Below, piece by piece: positions 24,537 through 38,037 of a DNA stretch of 64,000 bases. A program made the position numbers and the translations under genes. Source of the stretch: Felis catus (lineage: Eukaryota); the NCBI RefSeq assembly GCF_018350175.1, contig NC_058368.1, positions 118,794,001 to 118,858,000 of the forward strand, given 5' to 3'. The notes beneath the pieces were generated by a model. The model saw nothing but the letters and a program-made list of their open reading frames with translations, was not told the origin of the DNA and did not search any database. Numbering within the stretch: position 1 is the first letter of the stretch; every line of letters starts with the position of its first letter.

Positions 24537-26989
24537 TCCACTTAATGTGTTCGACTGTTTCTCCTGTGGAAGACATAATTGTTTTTATTCTTCCTGAATT
24601 TGATTTTCTAATCAGCTCTTTTGTGGAAGTTCATTAACACAATGTGGGCTAATCCAAGAGCCACCACACAGACAGTCCTACCACACAGCTGGGTGTGTCC
24701 CACAGGCTTGTAGAGCATTTGTTTAGAACTTGTAACATGTCCCAGGCCAGCTCCTATTACTGAGCCTTCTCATTCATCATGTCCCTGCCAGACACATTCA
24801 GAGCTGCAGCCTGGGACCCAGCTTTACAACTGGCTCCCAGCTTCTGTGGGGAGAGCAGAGGGCTCACAAGGAGAGGGCAGGGGGAAGCTCTCCTAGTGCC
24901 TGGTTTTGAGGGGGTGCCCTCATGTGCCACACATGAGACGCCTTACACTGTGCTCATTTGTTACTTAAGAAGGCACTGACTTACCCCCTGGGGACAGCAC
25001 AGCTTTGCAGCACTGCCATCTCTGAGCTTACACCCGCCCTGGAAAATTCTCCAAGCATCTGAAGCTTCCTACATGCGTGAGGTCACACGACACCCAGGTG
25101 AGACCTTCTGAGTGGCACACGTGTGTCTGATGGCCATCATCGGGAACATGAGATGTATGTATCTGTGTTACCTGTGTCCTTGGTCTCTCCAACAGACTTT
25201 GCAATCACTTCACCCTTTGCGTCTTTCCCACAAAAGGTTTTTATTTTCACTTTGATTCTCAGAGCACAAACTGCATCACACCTTGTGGCTGGTTGGGTGT
25301 TTTTCACTTGTTAGCTCTAGCTGCATGGTTGGTTGTAAGAGCACCTTGGTCACAAAAGGGCTTGATGGACACTTGAAGTAAATGAAAGATTTGCTTAGAC
25401 CCCAAACATGTCTGCTTTGTCAGGAATTAAATCCGGGCTTTAATTCCTTCTTTTCTCAATTCTTTCAATCTTCACACATCTCTCCTACCCAAATGTGTCA
25501 GTGTCACTGGCTTGCCCTGCTTTTAATAACACCAAGCTAAGCTGCAACTAATGATGCTGGGGTATGCAGGATCACCAGTTGGGCCTGTGTGGCAGCCGAG
25601 GGAGCCTCTCTCTAGCCAGTGGAGTAAGTGCTTAGTGAGTGAGGCTCCTGCATTGGGAGGGCTCAAATATCCGTGTGCTGGGAGGGGCTACATCCTTCAC
25701 AGTGCCCCACCCCCATCCCCACCCTGCACCCCCAGGCAGCAGCAGGCGGTGGAGGCCAAAGCAGGAAGTCTCTAATTAGAAATGATCAAAACTGCATCCC
25801 TCTCTATCCCACCACGCTTAGCAAACCTGTCACACTATGCATCCCATCTCCTGTAATTGACCCCGTGAGGCTGGCCCCAGCCTCTGTTTGCTAAAACCCA
25901 GGTAGGTAATAAGCCTTCACAAGGCCAATCGGCAAATTAGTCAAGACTTGAATTCATTTGGGGCTTTAGGTACAAAATCATATTTTACCTTCCAAGTCTT
26001 GTGCCGACCCTAATACTAAAAGTTTGTTTTTCTGACGCTGTGCCTCTGTCTCCTCTTTGAAACTGTTTTCCTAAGTTAGCAGAAAGATGTTTTTTAAATG
26101 AACTTTTTCTGCCTTCTCTGAACCTTTCTCAGTGAAGAAGCTTGCTTCACCTTTATTAGATGCAATGCAGTCATGACAATAAAGGGTAGCCTGTCGGTTC
26201 CTACCTCTTCTCCTCTCACACCATTTTGCTCCTCCGTAGTACTTTCTGCCTATAAGCAACTCACTTTTCATCGTAAGATGTTTGGTGTCATCCTCCTCTT
26301 AGTAAACAGCTCAGCAGGGACAGAGACCAGGTCTTGCTCACCCATGTCTACCCAGGACCCAGCCCGGGGCCTGGCAGCTGGGCTGGTGACCAAGTGACAG
26401 CCTAAAAGCACTGCTTTCCACTCTAGTTCCTCCTCCCTATAGTGCTTGACAGTTCTTATTGAAAGAAAGAAGTTGGGTGTCATTAGACTTGGTTACTTGG
26501 ACACAAGATGACTTGGTGACCTTTGGCAAGCTACTCCGTTTGCTCCTGTCCTGGGATTTAGGCTTGGTGGAGGGGGACTTCCCACCCTCCATTCAGGCGC
26601 ACACAGCCACATTCTTTCCCAGCCCGCTCGCTGGTGCTCGGTACAAGAAGCCATCTGGATAACCAGCTGACCGAGAGCCAACGACCCTTCACTGTCATCT
26701 GAGTTGCTGCTGGGTGGTTTTATGAACTTCATACCAGGCTCAAGGCCTGCCTTCAAGCAAAGCCACATCAGAATCACCCCCACCCAAAAAGTATTCTTAT
26801 CTGAAGACACTTCCAGGAAATTCCACACTGTCCCCTGGGAATTTGGTCTGACATTTAATACTCTCACTAAGGGAATTCTCTGTGTCTAACTGAAGTTTCC
26901 CATGATGCAGCTTATGTCCATTTCCTTTCCGTTTTTCCTTGGAGTGGAGAACCACTGGCCTCATTTTTTCAGAGAAGTCACCCTCCATT

Positions 26990-27690
26990 TCTGTGCTTCC
27001 ATTCAGCAAACACTTCTTGACCATCTCTTAGGTACCAGGAGCTACTAAGTCTAGGATATGTAAGACCTAACCTCTGTCCTCAGGGGACTCACAGTTGGTC
27101 TCAGTGACAGGCAAGTATAAGAGAAGTCACATTTGCCATGTGGTATTGCCACACCATGTGTGAAAGGTAGTCCCGGGCTCCAAGGCAGAGTGGTCCTTTC
27201 TGTTTGGGAGAGAGGTACCAGAGAAAGCTTCACAGAGGAAGTCACGCTGGAGAGGGATCTGAAAAGGTGGAGAGGAGTTTGGCATCTAGTCCATTGGAGA
27301 AGTGTCCCATGCTCAAGGACAGCAAGGACCAAAGCATGAAGGGGAGAGAGAGAGAGAGCCAGAGGTGAGTTCAATGTGATTGAAGCCCGAGGAGATGGGA
27401 GCCTACTGGAAAACTAGGCTTCACTGTCCACCCTCACCCACCCCCTGCGTTAGCCTCTGTTTTCTCCTGATGACCAACAGCATCAGCTAATATGTGTTAT
27501 TGTCTTACTAGGTACCGGACGCTATTCTACGTGCATTACCTCCCTGAATCCTCAAAATCTGTGAGTGAAGTACCATAATTACCCCCATCTCATAGATGAG
27601 GAAACTGAGGATGAGGGAGGTCACACAAGCCAGGGAGTGGTAGAGCTTTCAGCATATGTGTGCGTTTAGAGTCCATATGCTCTTGATTTT
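26990..27690 (-). mobile_element. L2 3' region followed by MIR
   Basis: cattcagcaaacacttcttga...gaaagcttcacagaggaagtcacgctggag (L2); cccatctcatagatgaggaaactgagg (MIR). Confidence 0.7.
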
Positions 27691-28569
27691 TTTTAATTTC
27701 TTTATAGGTATACACACATGATTTTACATAAGTGTGTCAGCATTTTTTTAATTGCATGGAAGCTTTTCCTTCTTTTTTTGTTTTTTTGTTTGTTTGTTTG
27801 TTTGTTTTTGTTTTTTTGCCTTGGTTCTCCCATCCCCTACCTAAGCATCTTCCCTTGTAACAACCGACATCAACAGCCTCATTATGGCCTCTTCAGCAGC
27901 GAGCCCTTCAGAAAGGGCTCTGGCAACACATTCTCCTTCAAACACTCAGCTTTGGGTCTGCATTGGCCAGAATAAGAGCAGGATATGTTTTCATTAAAAA
28001 CTTTCTTTTCTCTTAGGAACCCTTTTTCACTCATCTTGAGTGAATAGTTTCCCCATTTCTGGAGCTCTGTGCAGACACCCCTGGGTAGCCCCATGGACTC
28101 CAGCTGCAGTCTTTGGCTGATCCCATCCTCCTTGAGGACACTGCAAGGAGGTAGCCCCTGCAGAAGACCCAGCCATGTTTTGTTGGCTGGAAATACGTAG
28201 TGTGCACATTTTTAAAAATTTAACAATTTGAAAGCAGTCCCTCTCCCCACCCTGATCCAGGTGCCGATGATAGACCTTTGGGCTCTTACAGGATTGCCAG
28301 GGAGATCCCATGAGCATGTGTCTTCTTGTGGGAGAGTCAGCGTTTCTAGCCTGATCTTCTAATGCTCAAAAATAGAGAATCTTCTTGACATTTTAACCCC
28401 CTCTTGAGCTTAATGCGATTTGAAAAAGAGACGAGACAGCAAGAGAACTGGAAGCAGACAACAGGTGAGTTCTCATGGGATACAGGCAGCACCTGACTTC
28501 CACTAAGGTCTACTCATAGAGGGGGGCATAGTGAGGGGCATGGTGCTGTTGTATGTCGAGGTGATAGTG

Positions 28570-28800
28570 ACTAAGTGTCATTTACGGAGCACTTCCATTG
28601 TACTCCTGGCTTTATAGGCATCGTCTTATTAATCCTCGCATCAACTCTGTGAAATAGGTGCTGTTGCTACCCTCTTCTGCAGATGAAGCAGTCAAGCATT
28701 AGACTGGGTAACTTGTTCAGAGTCACTGAGCTAATGAGTAACAGAGCAGAGATAACTGCAGCAGGCTGACCCCACAGCTTACATTCTTAATTCCCATGCT
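28570..28800 (-). mobile_element. MIR
   Basis: ttattaatcctcgcatcaactctgtgaaataggtgctgttg...gcagatgaagcagtcaagc...gtaacttgttcagagtcac. Confidence 0.65.
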
Positions 28801-29419
28801 ATCCCCAGTCAAGAAGGTGTCAGCAGCTCCTGCCCTCAGATGTCCTTAACTTCTCTCACCCCAGGGAGTGTTTTCTGTTTTTGCCCCTTTGGCATCCAAT
28901 ACCCCTTCTTTCCTCTGGGGACCATGGAGTTGGGTTCCATGAGTTTGGGTGGCCTGGCATCAACCCTTAATCCAGTGGTGAACTGGTGGCCCTGTTCTGG
29001 TCCATGAGATCATCAAATCCACCCAGCCAAAGTGATTGGTTGGTTAAGGAACGGGCATGGGGCCTGGTTAAGTCCACACCGCCAGGACTTTGTCCTGGGG
29101 CAAGGTATACAGGTCACAGCTGGGTCACACAGATATTTATAGTATCAGGGAAGCATGATAAGTACCATTCCCTGGCCCTCGGATGACATTTTAACATGAG
29201 CTCTGTCTGCCACTCGTCTTTACGTGAGAGTCCTCATACTTACATGTTAAGTATACGTTGAGATTTTAATAGTGTACCTCCTAGGAAAGTTGCTTTGGAG
29301 AACAAGCAGATCTGAAATATTAATTGCAATATAAAATTGGCAAACACTGTTCTAATTTGACCAGTTCTGGAATGAGTTCACCAAGAGAAGTCTTGATGCC
29401 AGAACTCAGCAAGAACAGC

Positions 29420-29601
29420 TTTTTTTTTTCCCCAGAGAGAGCGGTCACGTGAGTTGGGGAGGGGCAGAGAGAGAGAATCCTAAGCAGTCTCCATGCCCAG
29501 CACAGACCCCAAAACAGGGCTAGATTTTATGATCATGAGATCATGACCTGAGCCAAAATCAAGAGTTGGACACTTAACCAACTGAACCACCCACGCGCCC
29601 C
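29420..29601 (-). mobile_element. CanSINE
   Basis: Antisense CanSINE; imperfect TSD aag(a/c)acagctt. Confidence 0.9.
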
Positions 29602-30489
29602 AAGCACAGCTTATTTTTTAAATTCTGATGTCTGCTCTCTGTTCTGGACCAGAAGAAGCCATGACTGGATCTCATGAGAACAAGGAAAGACCTCTGACAA
29701 CACTCTTCCAACCCTAGCTGATTCAAGTCGTTACTTGGCCCATCCCAATGGTGCATTAGTGTTTAGACATTTTACCCCAGGATTCTCATGAACGACCCCC
29801 CCAGTCAGTTGTAATAATTAAAAAATGGCAGTAAATCGTGCTTAATCATGAAGTAGAATTGGATGGTATAAAGTACTCCTCAGTTCAGAAAGATGTTCAC
29901 ACGTCTGGGGGGCCGCACCCAGACCTGTTCAACCATCCCATGAATGTGAGTCTGAGAAACTCCAGAGTCACCGAGTTCAGACCTCAGACCTTCACCTCCT
30001 TTTGGGGTGGGGCTACATAGTTGGAGGCCCTGAAAGGGAGTGTGGGTGTATCTAATCAGACTCAGACACCTTGCTGCTGCTCTTTCTCCAGGATGTGCAC
30101 ACAGGTTTCTTGTCTCGGGGACTTCCAGATAGAGTGATTAGAGAGCACTCTTGGTCCACAAAAGATGATGTATTCATTTATGTATAACATTTAAAAATGT
30201 TCAAGGTTTTTTTCTCCTCCAAATTTTGACCATGGCACACCCCTGATCAAAAAACTTCAGAAGCTCTCGTGGCCTAATACAAGAAAGCACCCTGGCATTT
30301 GTGGTGTTTCCCAGTATGGCCCCAGGATCTTTTCTCCAATGTTCCTTTATGCATCTATTGCCCCAGAGGCCCCAGCTCTTGATCATCTACTGTTATATCC
30401 ACATCCAGGTGCTAGGGGGCTCTCTGCTTGTGCTTCTGAGGTTAACTCAGGTTCAGGTGCCCTTTGCTTTTCCTACCCCAAGATGAATA

Positions 30490-31005
30490 GCTGTTGAGTT
30501 TGCCTGTTGGCTATCACTCCTTATTCTCCTTATTAGGATAGCAGCACATTACTTTTTCACTGGGAAGCCACTCCTCCCCTGCCCTCATGTTCCATGGGTT
30601 TGGATGGTTTGGCATCAAGCCTACATCCAGTGGAGGAACTGTGACCCTGGCCAGACTAGATCATCATCAAATGCACCCAGCCTAAATAACTGGTTGATTC
30701 AGGAGTAAGCCAGGACCTAATTAAGTCCAAGGACAACCAATTTCTGGGTTTTGTAGACTGTTGTGATGAGATTCTTCTTTCTCCATCTGAAGCCATGAGG
30801 ACTGTGGCCATCTCGTCTCCTTAGAGGGGGAGTCTGACTCGGAACTGGGCAGCCCAAGTGTGCGTCAAGAATGACCAAGAAAAGCAACGTCCCATGTCGT
30901 AGGGCTAGATACACTTGAGGTTTCCTGTTACATAAGCCAATAAATTCTCACTGTGCTCAAAACAGTTTGAGTTGAATTCTTTCACTCACAACTGAAGTTC
31001 TGAGT
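30490..31005 (+). mobile_element. Old ERVL/MaLR-class solo LTR (LTR16-like)
   Basis: 3' end agccaataaattctc...cagtttgagttgaattct..cactcacaactgaagttctga is typical of this class; a related fragment lies at ~28880-29110. Confidence 0.55.
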
Positions 31006-32539
31006 TCTAGATAAAGCTTCAGAGTGATTTCTTTGCATTCCTGTCTCCCACTTGATTATCTGATCCTTTCTCAGGAAGAAAGTGCCCTGGACTTGGAGTC
31101 AGAAGATCTGACATTAAATCTGGTTCTGCTGTTTCCCACCTTTGGGACCTTAAGGTAATCCTTATCTTCTCTGAGTATTAGTTTCTTCATCTTTAAAACG
31201 GATCTGAGAATGCATACCTTCTAAGGTTGTTTCCCTTCAATGAAATGACATTTTTTAATGTACTTGATAAAATTTCCTGTCCTCAGAAATCATCTAGACA
31301 TTTGTTACATTGTTCCATAGCCATTACTGCATTAGGCTGACTAGTCCTGGGACAGCGTCTTTTGGCCCTGAGCTTCTGTCCATCACCCCTGTGAAGGACA
31401 TCTTTACATATCATATATTTCTCCCCTCTTGCTTCTTCAGTCATGACCATAAGAGCTCCACGTGGGCGGACACCTAAGCCAAAGTTGTCATAATGCAGTG
31501 TCCTATGACTCAGCTTGGCTTAAACACATGATGTAGGCCAATTGGAATTTCGCCCCTGTGAATTTGACCTCCAAGGCTAGTTGCCCTTAGAGATGTGTAC
31601 AGGAGAGGAGACATCCTGATGTCAAGCTGTGACCCGTGGCTGTGTTGTCCTGGGTACAGATTTAAAGACACCAGGAGACCTGTCTTCAGAGGGAGAGGAT
31701 CGGTGCAGGGAGAAAAGCTGCCTCAATCCTGAACAGGTTTTTATCTTCCTGCAGCACCTGAATGTACCTTATGCCATTATAGAATCCCACATGATCCCTA
31801 CATCCTTGCAATGAACACATTGTGGTATTTGGATCAGTTTGCCTCTTTTCTGTTCCTGGCTACCAGTAAACCACCCCCCCACCCCCCCCACCCCCCCGCT
31901 TCGAACCATGATGGGTCCCAGCTGGCACTGGGCATGACCAGAGGTTCTGGCAGTTAAATGAGTAGGCCCCATGTCACATGGTGATACAGAGTTTACAGCC
32001 ACTGGGCTTTTACTCAGTCTGCAGCTCTTGGACCAGGGAACCCACTCAGATTTCTTCACAGCAGGAGAGAGGGTGGTGTGTGTACCCATTTCCCATTCCA
32101 GCAAGGGTTAGAAAGGATGGTTGAGAGCCTGGCATGAGCTGCTAATTCCACAGGCAAACTTAATATCTTGTTATTGTTCGCATTTCCTATCGCTTGTAAA
32201 ACACACACATAAAGCACTTGTGTTTCGGGGAGAGCCCAAAAGAAACTGCGACTTTCTACCTCCTGTGCCCACTTGTTCCCTCCACCAGTGTTCCCTCCGT
32301 TGGCTTTCTCCTCAGGGCAAACCTGAGGCCCCCGGAAGGTCTGTGAAGAATCTCAAGCCCTCTGCCATGTTGACTTTCTCAGACACTAAGGCTACAGTGG
32401 ACAAATCTTGAGCAGCAGGGGGGACAGGGATTTCCTCAGAGGTTTGGGCTGACCATCCAGCACCAACTTGTCCTTTCTCTCTGTCATCCTTGCGGTGCCC
32501 ACCCCTCCCTGCACAAGCACCCACTAAAGCTCATGAAAT

Positions 32540-32752
32540 CTTATGCTCACGATTGTTGCTTGCTGCCGCCGGCTCTTCCCAGCTCACAGGAGCAATCGTT
32601 AGACATACAGGAATCCTGTGAACTGGCTGTTCAACTGCTGGTAGCTGGAAATGGGCCGTGATGGGAGCATTCCCACCATGGAAATCTCCAAAGCTCCCAA
32701 TCAGCGTGTCCCTTGAAGAGCTGGTAATGAAACCTTGATTAGCACACCACTG
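32540..32752. mobile_element. MER63-like hAT element
   Basis: tggtagctggaaatgggccgtgatgggagcattcccaccatggaaat...agcacaccactg terminus. Confidence 0.5.
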
Positions 32753-33725
32753 CTTGGTCTCCTAAGAGGTGACATCGGTGATAGGTGACATCTGTATGTG
32801 GCTTCGCCTGCAGCCTAGACCGTCTTTCAGCCTGAGGAGGGGTGACGAGCATAGAGCTAGGGAGAAGTGACCAATACCCCATGTGGAGTTAAGTCAGTAA
32901 CTTCGCAGTGATTTTGGTTTGGGGATACAGTAACGGTTCCTAAGTGCAGGCAGTGCTTTGTGAGTCAACAGCTGTTTTTTGTTTATTTGCACTGGTTTTA
33001 GCCAGAGCCTGGAAAAGGGGTTGGTTCCCTACCCCCCTCAAAGATGCTTCTCAGAAGTTGGCTCATGGCTGCCAAGAACTATGTACAGATTGTGTACATC
33101 AGAATAGCTGGTTCATTCCTTCTGCTGCCGGCTTCTTGCCAGAAGGAGGAGACAGGAGCCCACCCCAGGCTCATTCCTGAGGGCAGTGCAACTGGTGAAT
33201 CCCACTTCCTGTGGTGACTGCTGAGGGCAAGAGGCAAGGCAAGGGTCAAGTGGCCCTGAGGCTGACATTGTTGCTTTGAAGCCAATATTGTCATGAGCCG
33301 CAGGAACAAAGCTTGGCCAGAGGCCTTGGCTCATCCATTCCTACTTCAGAGAGCCTCAGGGACATCTGGGAAGTTTGTCAATTCCAAAGGATTCTGATTT
33401 GGTGAGTCTAGGGCCAGACTCTGTGTTTCTAATGGCCACCTGTACGATGCTCAACCCAAGCACGGTGATGGAAAAAACCTATATTATGCAGATGATCAAC
33501 TAGAGGGTGACTGTATAATGAAAGATCTCACCACAGTTTTCCTTTAAATGCTGGAATGAATGCATTCGGTTTAAGAGATTCAATTTTCAGTCACTCAATT
33601 GCCATAAACCAAGAACAGCAGGGATTCTGATAAGATGTAAACCTCTAGGACTTCCCTGCTTTGGTGCTGGTTAGAATCAGGGTGGCTTTCGGCCACAACA
33701 AAAATTGTTACAAATATAGGGTGTT

Positions 33726-33728
<3 letters not shown>

Positions 33729-33756
<28 letters not shown>
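33729..33756 (+). repeat. Poly(A) tract (~27 nt)
   Basis: Directly visible. Confidence 0.9.
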
Positions 33757-34239
33757 GAATGCCAGTGTCTCCTTTGACTACCTCTGTCCTAAATAGATTT
33801 GAACAAATGGCAAAAAGACTAGATGCTTAAGTATCCCTCTTGCAGAAGGAAAAACAGCATAAAGAGGCAATGTGGTCAATGAAAACCAAGATGGGATTAC
33901 AAACAGGCCTTCGAATGCTCATGACAGCTTCTGTGACAGGGCACCTAACCTCTCTGAGCCTGTTTTCTCATCTTCAAATAGGAAGGGAGGAGATAACTCC
34001 TAACTCCTACATGGCAAAAACATCAGGATGAGTAGGAGGGAAATATATATACATGTATATGTACATGTATACCAGGCATGTGACACAGAAAGTTTGGAGA
34101 CCCCACCGATTAAATGCTGGAATTCATTTCTCAGAGCTTCAACTGCTTTGTCTGCAAAATAGTGGTCATGATAATCCCCACTGCATAGAGTTGTTTTAAG
34201 AATTCAGTGAGTACCTGACAAACATCTGGGACAGTTTGA

Positions 34240-35150
34240 GTATTGAAATACATACTGATAGTAAAGAATTCTAAAAACTGAATGAAGGAAGAATTCATGA
34301 GTCCATGCTGATATAAACAAATAAGACATATAAGAAAGTTCTTTTTTGTAGTTGAAAGCCAAGTAAGAATTGTAGAAGGAATGGCAGAATTAGAATGTAA
34401 CCATTTGGCAACCATAACAATAATATTTGAGTCAGCCGAGAATCATCAATGGATGATTCATCATAGAGCTTTTGTATAATCTCATGGTATCTTAGGACAA
34501 AATAGTGAATTTACAGTGGAGAAACCTGGCATACACTCCCTTTTACTGGGACTATTTGATAGCCTGTCCTTTCTATGAGGCATTAGGAAGAACTCATCAT
34601 GTCTTCTGTGGAACTCCGAAAAAAGTGTGTAATCTGGATCTTGCCATGAGAAAGACAAACCAAACTGAGGGGTGTTCTACAGAATAAGCTAGGCTGTTCA
34701 TTTCAACAATATCAATGTCATGAAATAGAAAGATTCAGGAACTACTCCAGATGTCCAGAGACATGTCGAGTGAATGCAACACCTAGCTGTGGATTTTCTT
34801 TAGCTGGAAAGGACAATCTTGGAACAATTGGCAAAATCTGAGTAAGGGCTATCGATTAAGTAACTATATCACATCAATGTTAATATGATTTACATAATTG
34901 CAGTATGGTTGTGAGAAACAGAATTTTTAGGCAGGCTTTTAGGAAATATACACAAATATTTAGTGATAAAGGGCATCAGATCTATGGCATCTTAAATGAT
35001 ACAGAAAAAACGATTGATAGATCATTGATAGATCAGGTTTAGAAAGCAAATACAGTAAATTGCTAACATTTGAGGTAACAGGGTGAATGGTGTCCAGAGA
35101 TTGACTATTTTAGCAACCTTTTTGTAAGTCTGAATTATGTTTTTTAAAAA
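34240..35150 (+). mobile_element. Old L1MC/ME 3' UTR fragment
   Basis: ggaacaattggcaaaatctgagtaagg...cacatcaatgttaat...ggaaatatacacaaatatttagtgataaagggcatca...caacctttttgtaagtctgaattat. Confidence 0.7.
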
Positions 35151-35689
35151 GGTGCCCAGCATGTAATAAATGATGAGTAGCTCTTACAGTTGTTATATCA
35201 GTTAACAATATTAATGGAACCCTGAATCTGTTTTGATGAGTTTAGAAGCCAAAAAGAAAATGTATACAAAAGCAACATGAGGATTTGCTAGAAAGCACTT
35301 TCTGGTCTTAAAGTACAAAATGTAACTGCCCACCCGCCTTCTGTGATTCACTTCGTTTCAGTTCCTCTTGGCAGTGGTGGTCTAAGGATCGGGGTCCATG
35401 TGCGGTCTTAGAGGAAATGTAGGCTTCACGAAGTGCATCCTGCATGAGGTAGAGGCCAGTGGGGTATTCTCTGAGACCATGTCTTAGGCTCATAACCCCA
35501 GAAGGGACTGCAGTGTCCCAGATGTTGGGTCTACCTTCCAGCCCCAGAGAACTCTGTAGAAAGCCATTTCAGGTTAAAGGTTTAGTCTTGGCCTCGTTTC
35601 TGTCAATTTGGAGACATAAATGTAAGAGAGTGCTTTTAGCAGTACAAAGGGCCATAAAATACATCAATCTTACACATGTGCTGGGGAGC

Positions 35690-35900
35690 CTGTGGCTTTA
35701 TGGTTAAGAGGGCAGCCTCTGGAGTCAGACAGACGGGTTCCAAATTCCAGATAAACCACTCACCAGATAGGCAATTTGGGGGCAGGTCAGTTAACTACTC
35801 TGCCCCCAATTTTCCTCATCCATAAAATGGGGATAATAACTGTAATACAGAACCAGACTCATAGGGATGGCATTCAGTAAATAAGAGAGTGCAAATGGCA
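35690..35900 (+). mobile_element. MIR
   Basis: tggttaagag...tctggagtcagacagacgggttccaaattccag...ttttcctcatccataaaatggggataata. Confidence 0.8.
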
Positions 35901-35970
35901 GAGGTTTTATGTCCAAGCAAATGAAAGCATCTTCAGGTGTAAAATAATGAAGTTATTATGAAATTATCTA

Positions 35971-36392
35971 GGGGCGCCTGGGTGGCTTAGTCGTTTAAGC
36001 ATCCAACTCTTGATTTCAGCTCAGGTCATGATCTCACGGTTCATGAGACTGAGCCCCCATTTGGGCTCTGCTGACACCACAGAGCCTACTTGGGATTCTC
36101 TGTCTCCCTCTCTCTCTTTCTGCCCCTCCCTGGTTCTCTGTCTCTCAAAAGAAATGAATAATTTTTTTAAAGAAATTATCTAGGGGTGCCTGGGTGGCTC
36201 AGTCAGTTGAGCATCTGACTTCGGCTCAGGTCATGATCTCGCAGTTCGTGAGTTCGAGCCCCGCATGGGGCTCTGTGCTGACAGCTCGGAGCCTAGAGCC
36301 TGCTTCAGATTCTGTGTCTCCCTCTCTCTGACCCTCCCCCGTTTATGCTCTGTCTCTCTCCATCTCAAAAACAAAAATAAACATTAAAAAAC
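35971..36392 (+). mobile_element. Two head-to-tail CanSINEs (35971-~36170 and 36183-~36392)
   Basis: Each begins GGGG(C/T)GCCTGGGTGGCT. Target motif GAAAT(T/G)ATCTA occurs three times (35960, 36172, 36395). Confidence 0.95.
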
Positions 36393-37959
36393 AAGAAATG
36401 ATCTAGAATCGGAACAGTTCTGATAAGGTTTGCTGGAGCCTCTCTCCTCCTCCGTTAGCTCTCCTGGCCGGCCTATCTTCTGATGATACCAGTCACCAGT
36501 AGTTTTCAGTGGTGATTTTCATGATGCCAGTAGGCCCTGGGGGCAGGGAGCTGCCTCCTCCCCTTCCTCTCCCACCTCACGCTTCCAGTTTGCTAGCTCA
36601 ACCCAGGGCCCTTAAGACTTGTGTGATGTGCAGGAATTCATCCCGCGTGAGCAGCTCACCTGGAAAACATGGTTGCAGAGGGAAGTGCTGTGGGAAGGCC
36701 CCAGAGGTGTGAAACATGTTTTCCCTTCACCTTCTGCCAGGGGCACCGGCCTGTGCAAATCCTGACCCCCACACGGAGTGAGGGGAAGAGAGCTCCCCGC
36801 TTTGCGGACCGTGAGACCACACCCACTGTGTCAGAACGGCACTTCCCCACAGGACTGTGTCATCAGAAAGATATTCCAGCAGCTCTCTGTCCCAAGCTCC
36901 ACACCCGTGTTTCTGACTGCCCTTTGGACCTCTCTAGTCAGATGACCCACAGGCGTCTCAGACTCAGCCTTTCCTAAACAGTACCTCACCCCTACCGTCT
37001 CCCCTCTCTTTGGGGGGGAGGATGGCATGAGCCAAGTCAGATACATCACCGTCATTTTCCTCCAAACCCTACCAAATAGGAGGTCCTATCCATTCCACAT
37101 GCCACGTCGCTCCCTCTGATCTTCCTCCTCATGCCCTCCCTGCTGACGCTTGGGCTTTGTGAGCTCGCAGGGGCGCTGTGTCAGCAGCACCCTGGTTAGT
37201 CTCCCTTCACCACCTCCCCCATCCACTTCACTCTGCTTCACTCTTTAAGGGCAAGGTTACCTCTGAGGCAGGAAACAGGATTACTCTCCCACATGGTGAG
37301 AGCTTGGGTCGGCCTCCCAATGCCTCAGGAGTGGCACCTGCACCTGTTACCACACAATCCCTACCCACCCCTCCAGATTCATCTTGCCCTGAACACCGTG
37401 CCCTTGAGCATCTCAAAGTGCTCACTGGTGCCCTGCCTGGTCCTAACTCCTTCCCTGGAGGGCCTTTGAGCAAGGTCTTGTCCTGGCAGGCACTGTTCTT
37501 TCTCCTCCTTTTCACACTGTAAGATTCCTACCTACCCTTCACATTCAGCTCAGACATCTCCCTGTCTGCTCCTTCTTCCAGACTCCCAGAGCATGTCTTC
37601 TATGCCTTCATTATTATAACTTACGAGTCTGTCTTGTAGTTGTTTCTATATTTACATGGTATGCCTTTCAAGATCCAGGATTCTGTCCTGGTGATCTGTG
37701 CTGCCAGCACTGAACTTGGCCGTGGTGGGAAGGGATGGATATGATGTACCTGTAGTACCACAGAGTACCAGTGTGCCTGGGAAGCATTGCCCTTTGCTAG
37801 AGCTTTATAATTTTGCCTAAGTACTTGAATGTTGATTCTATGAAAGGGGGAGTTCAAGGTTCCAAATTCACCTTTGTCTCAAATGTCTTTCAGTTGAACT
37901 TGTATTGTTTCTTCACCTGTTTTCCTGGTCCCCTGCCTTCTCAGCAGATCTCTGAAGGG

Positions 37960-37962
<3 letters not shown>

Positions 37963-38036
<74 letters not shown>
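37963..38036 (+). repeat. Compound microsatellite (CT)n(CA)n
   Basis: Directly visible. Confidence 0.95.

Positions 38037-38037
<1 letters not shown>

Noticed and set aside
33729..33756. Isolated poly(A) as a processed pseudogene tail
   Set aside because: No convincing TSD, upstream poly(A) signal or coding remnant was identified.
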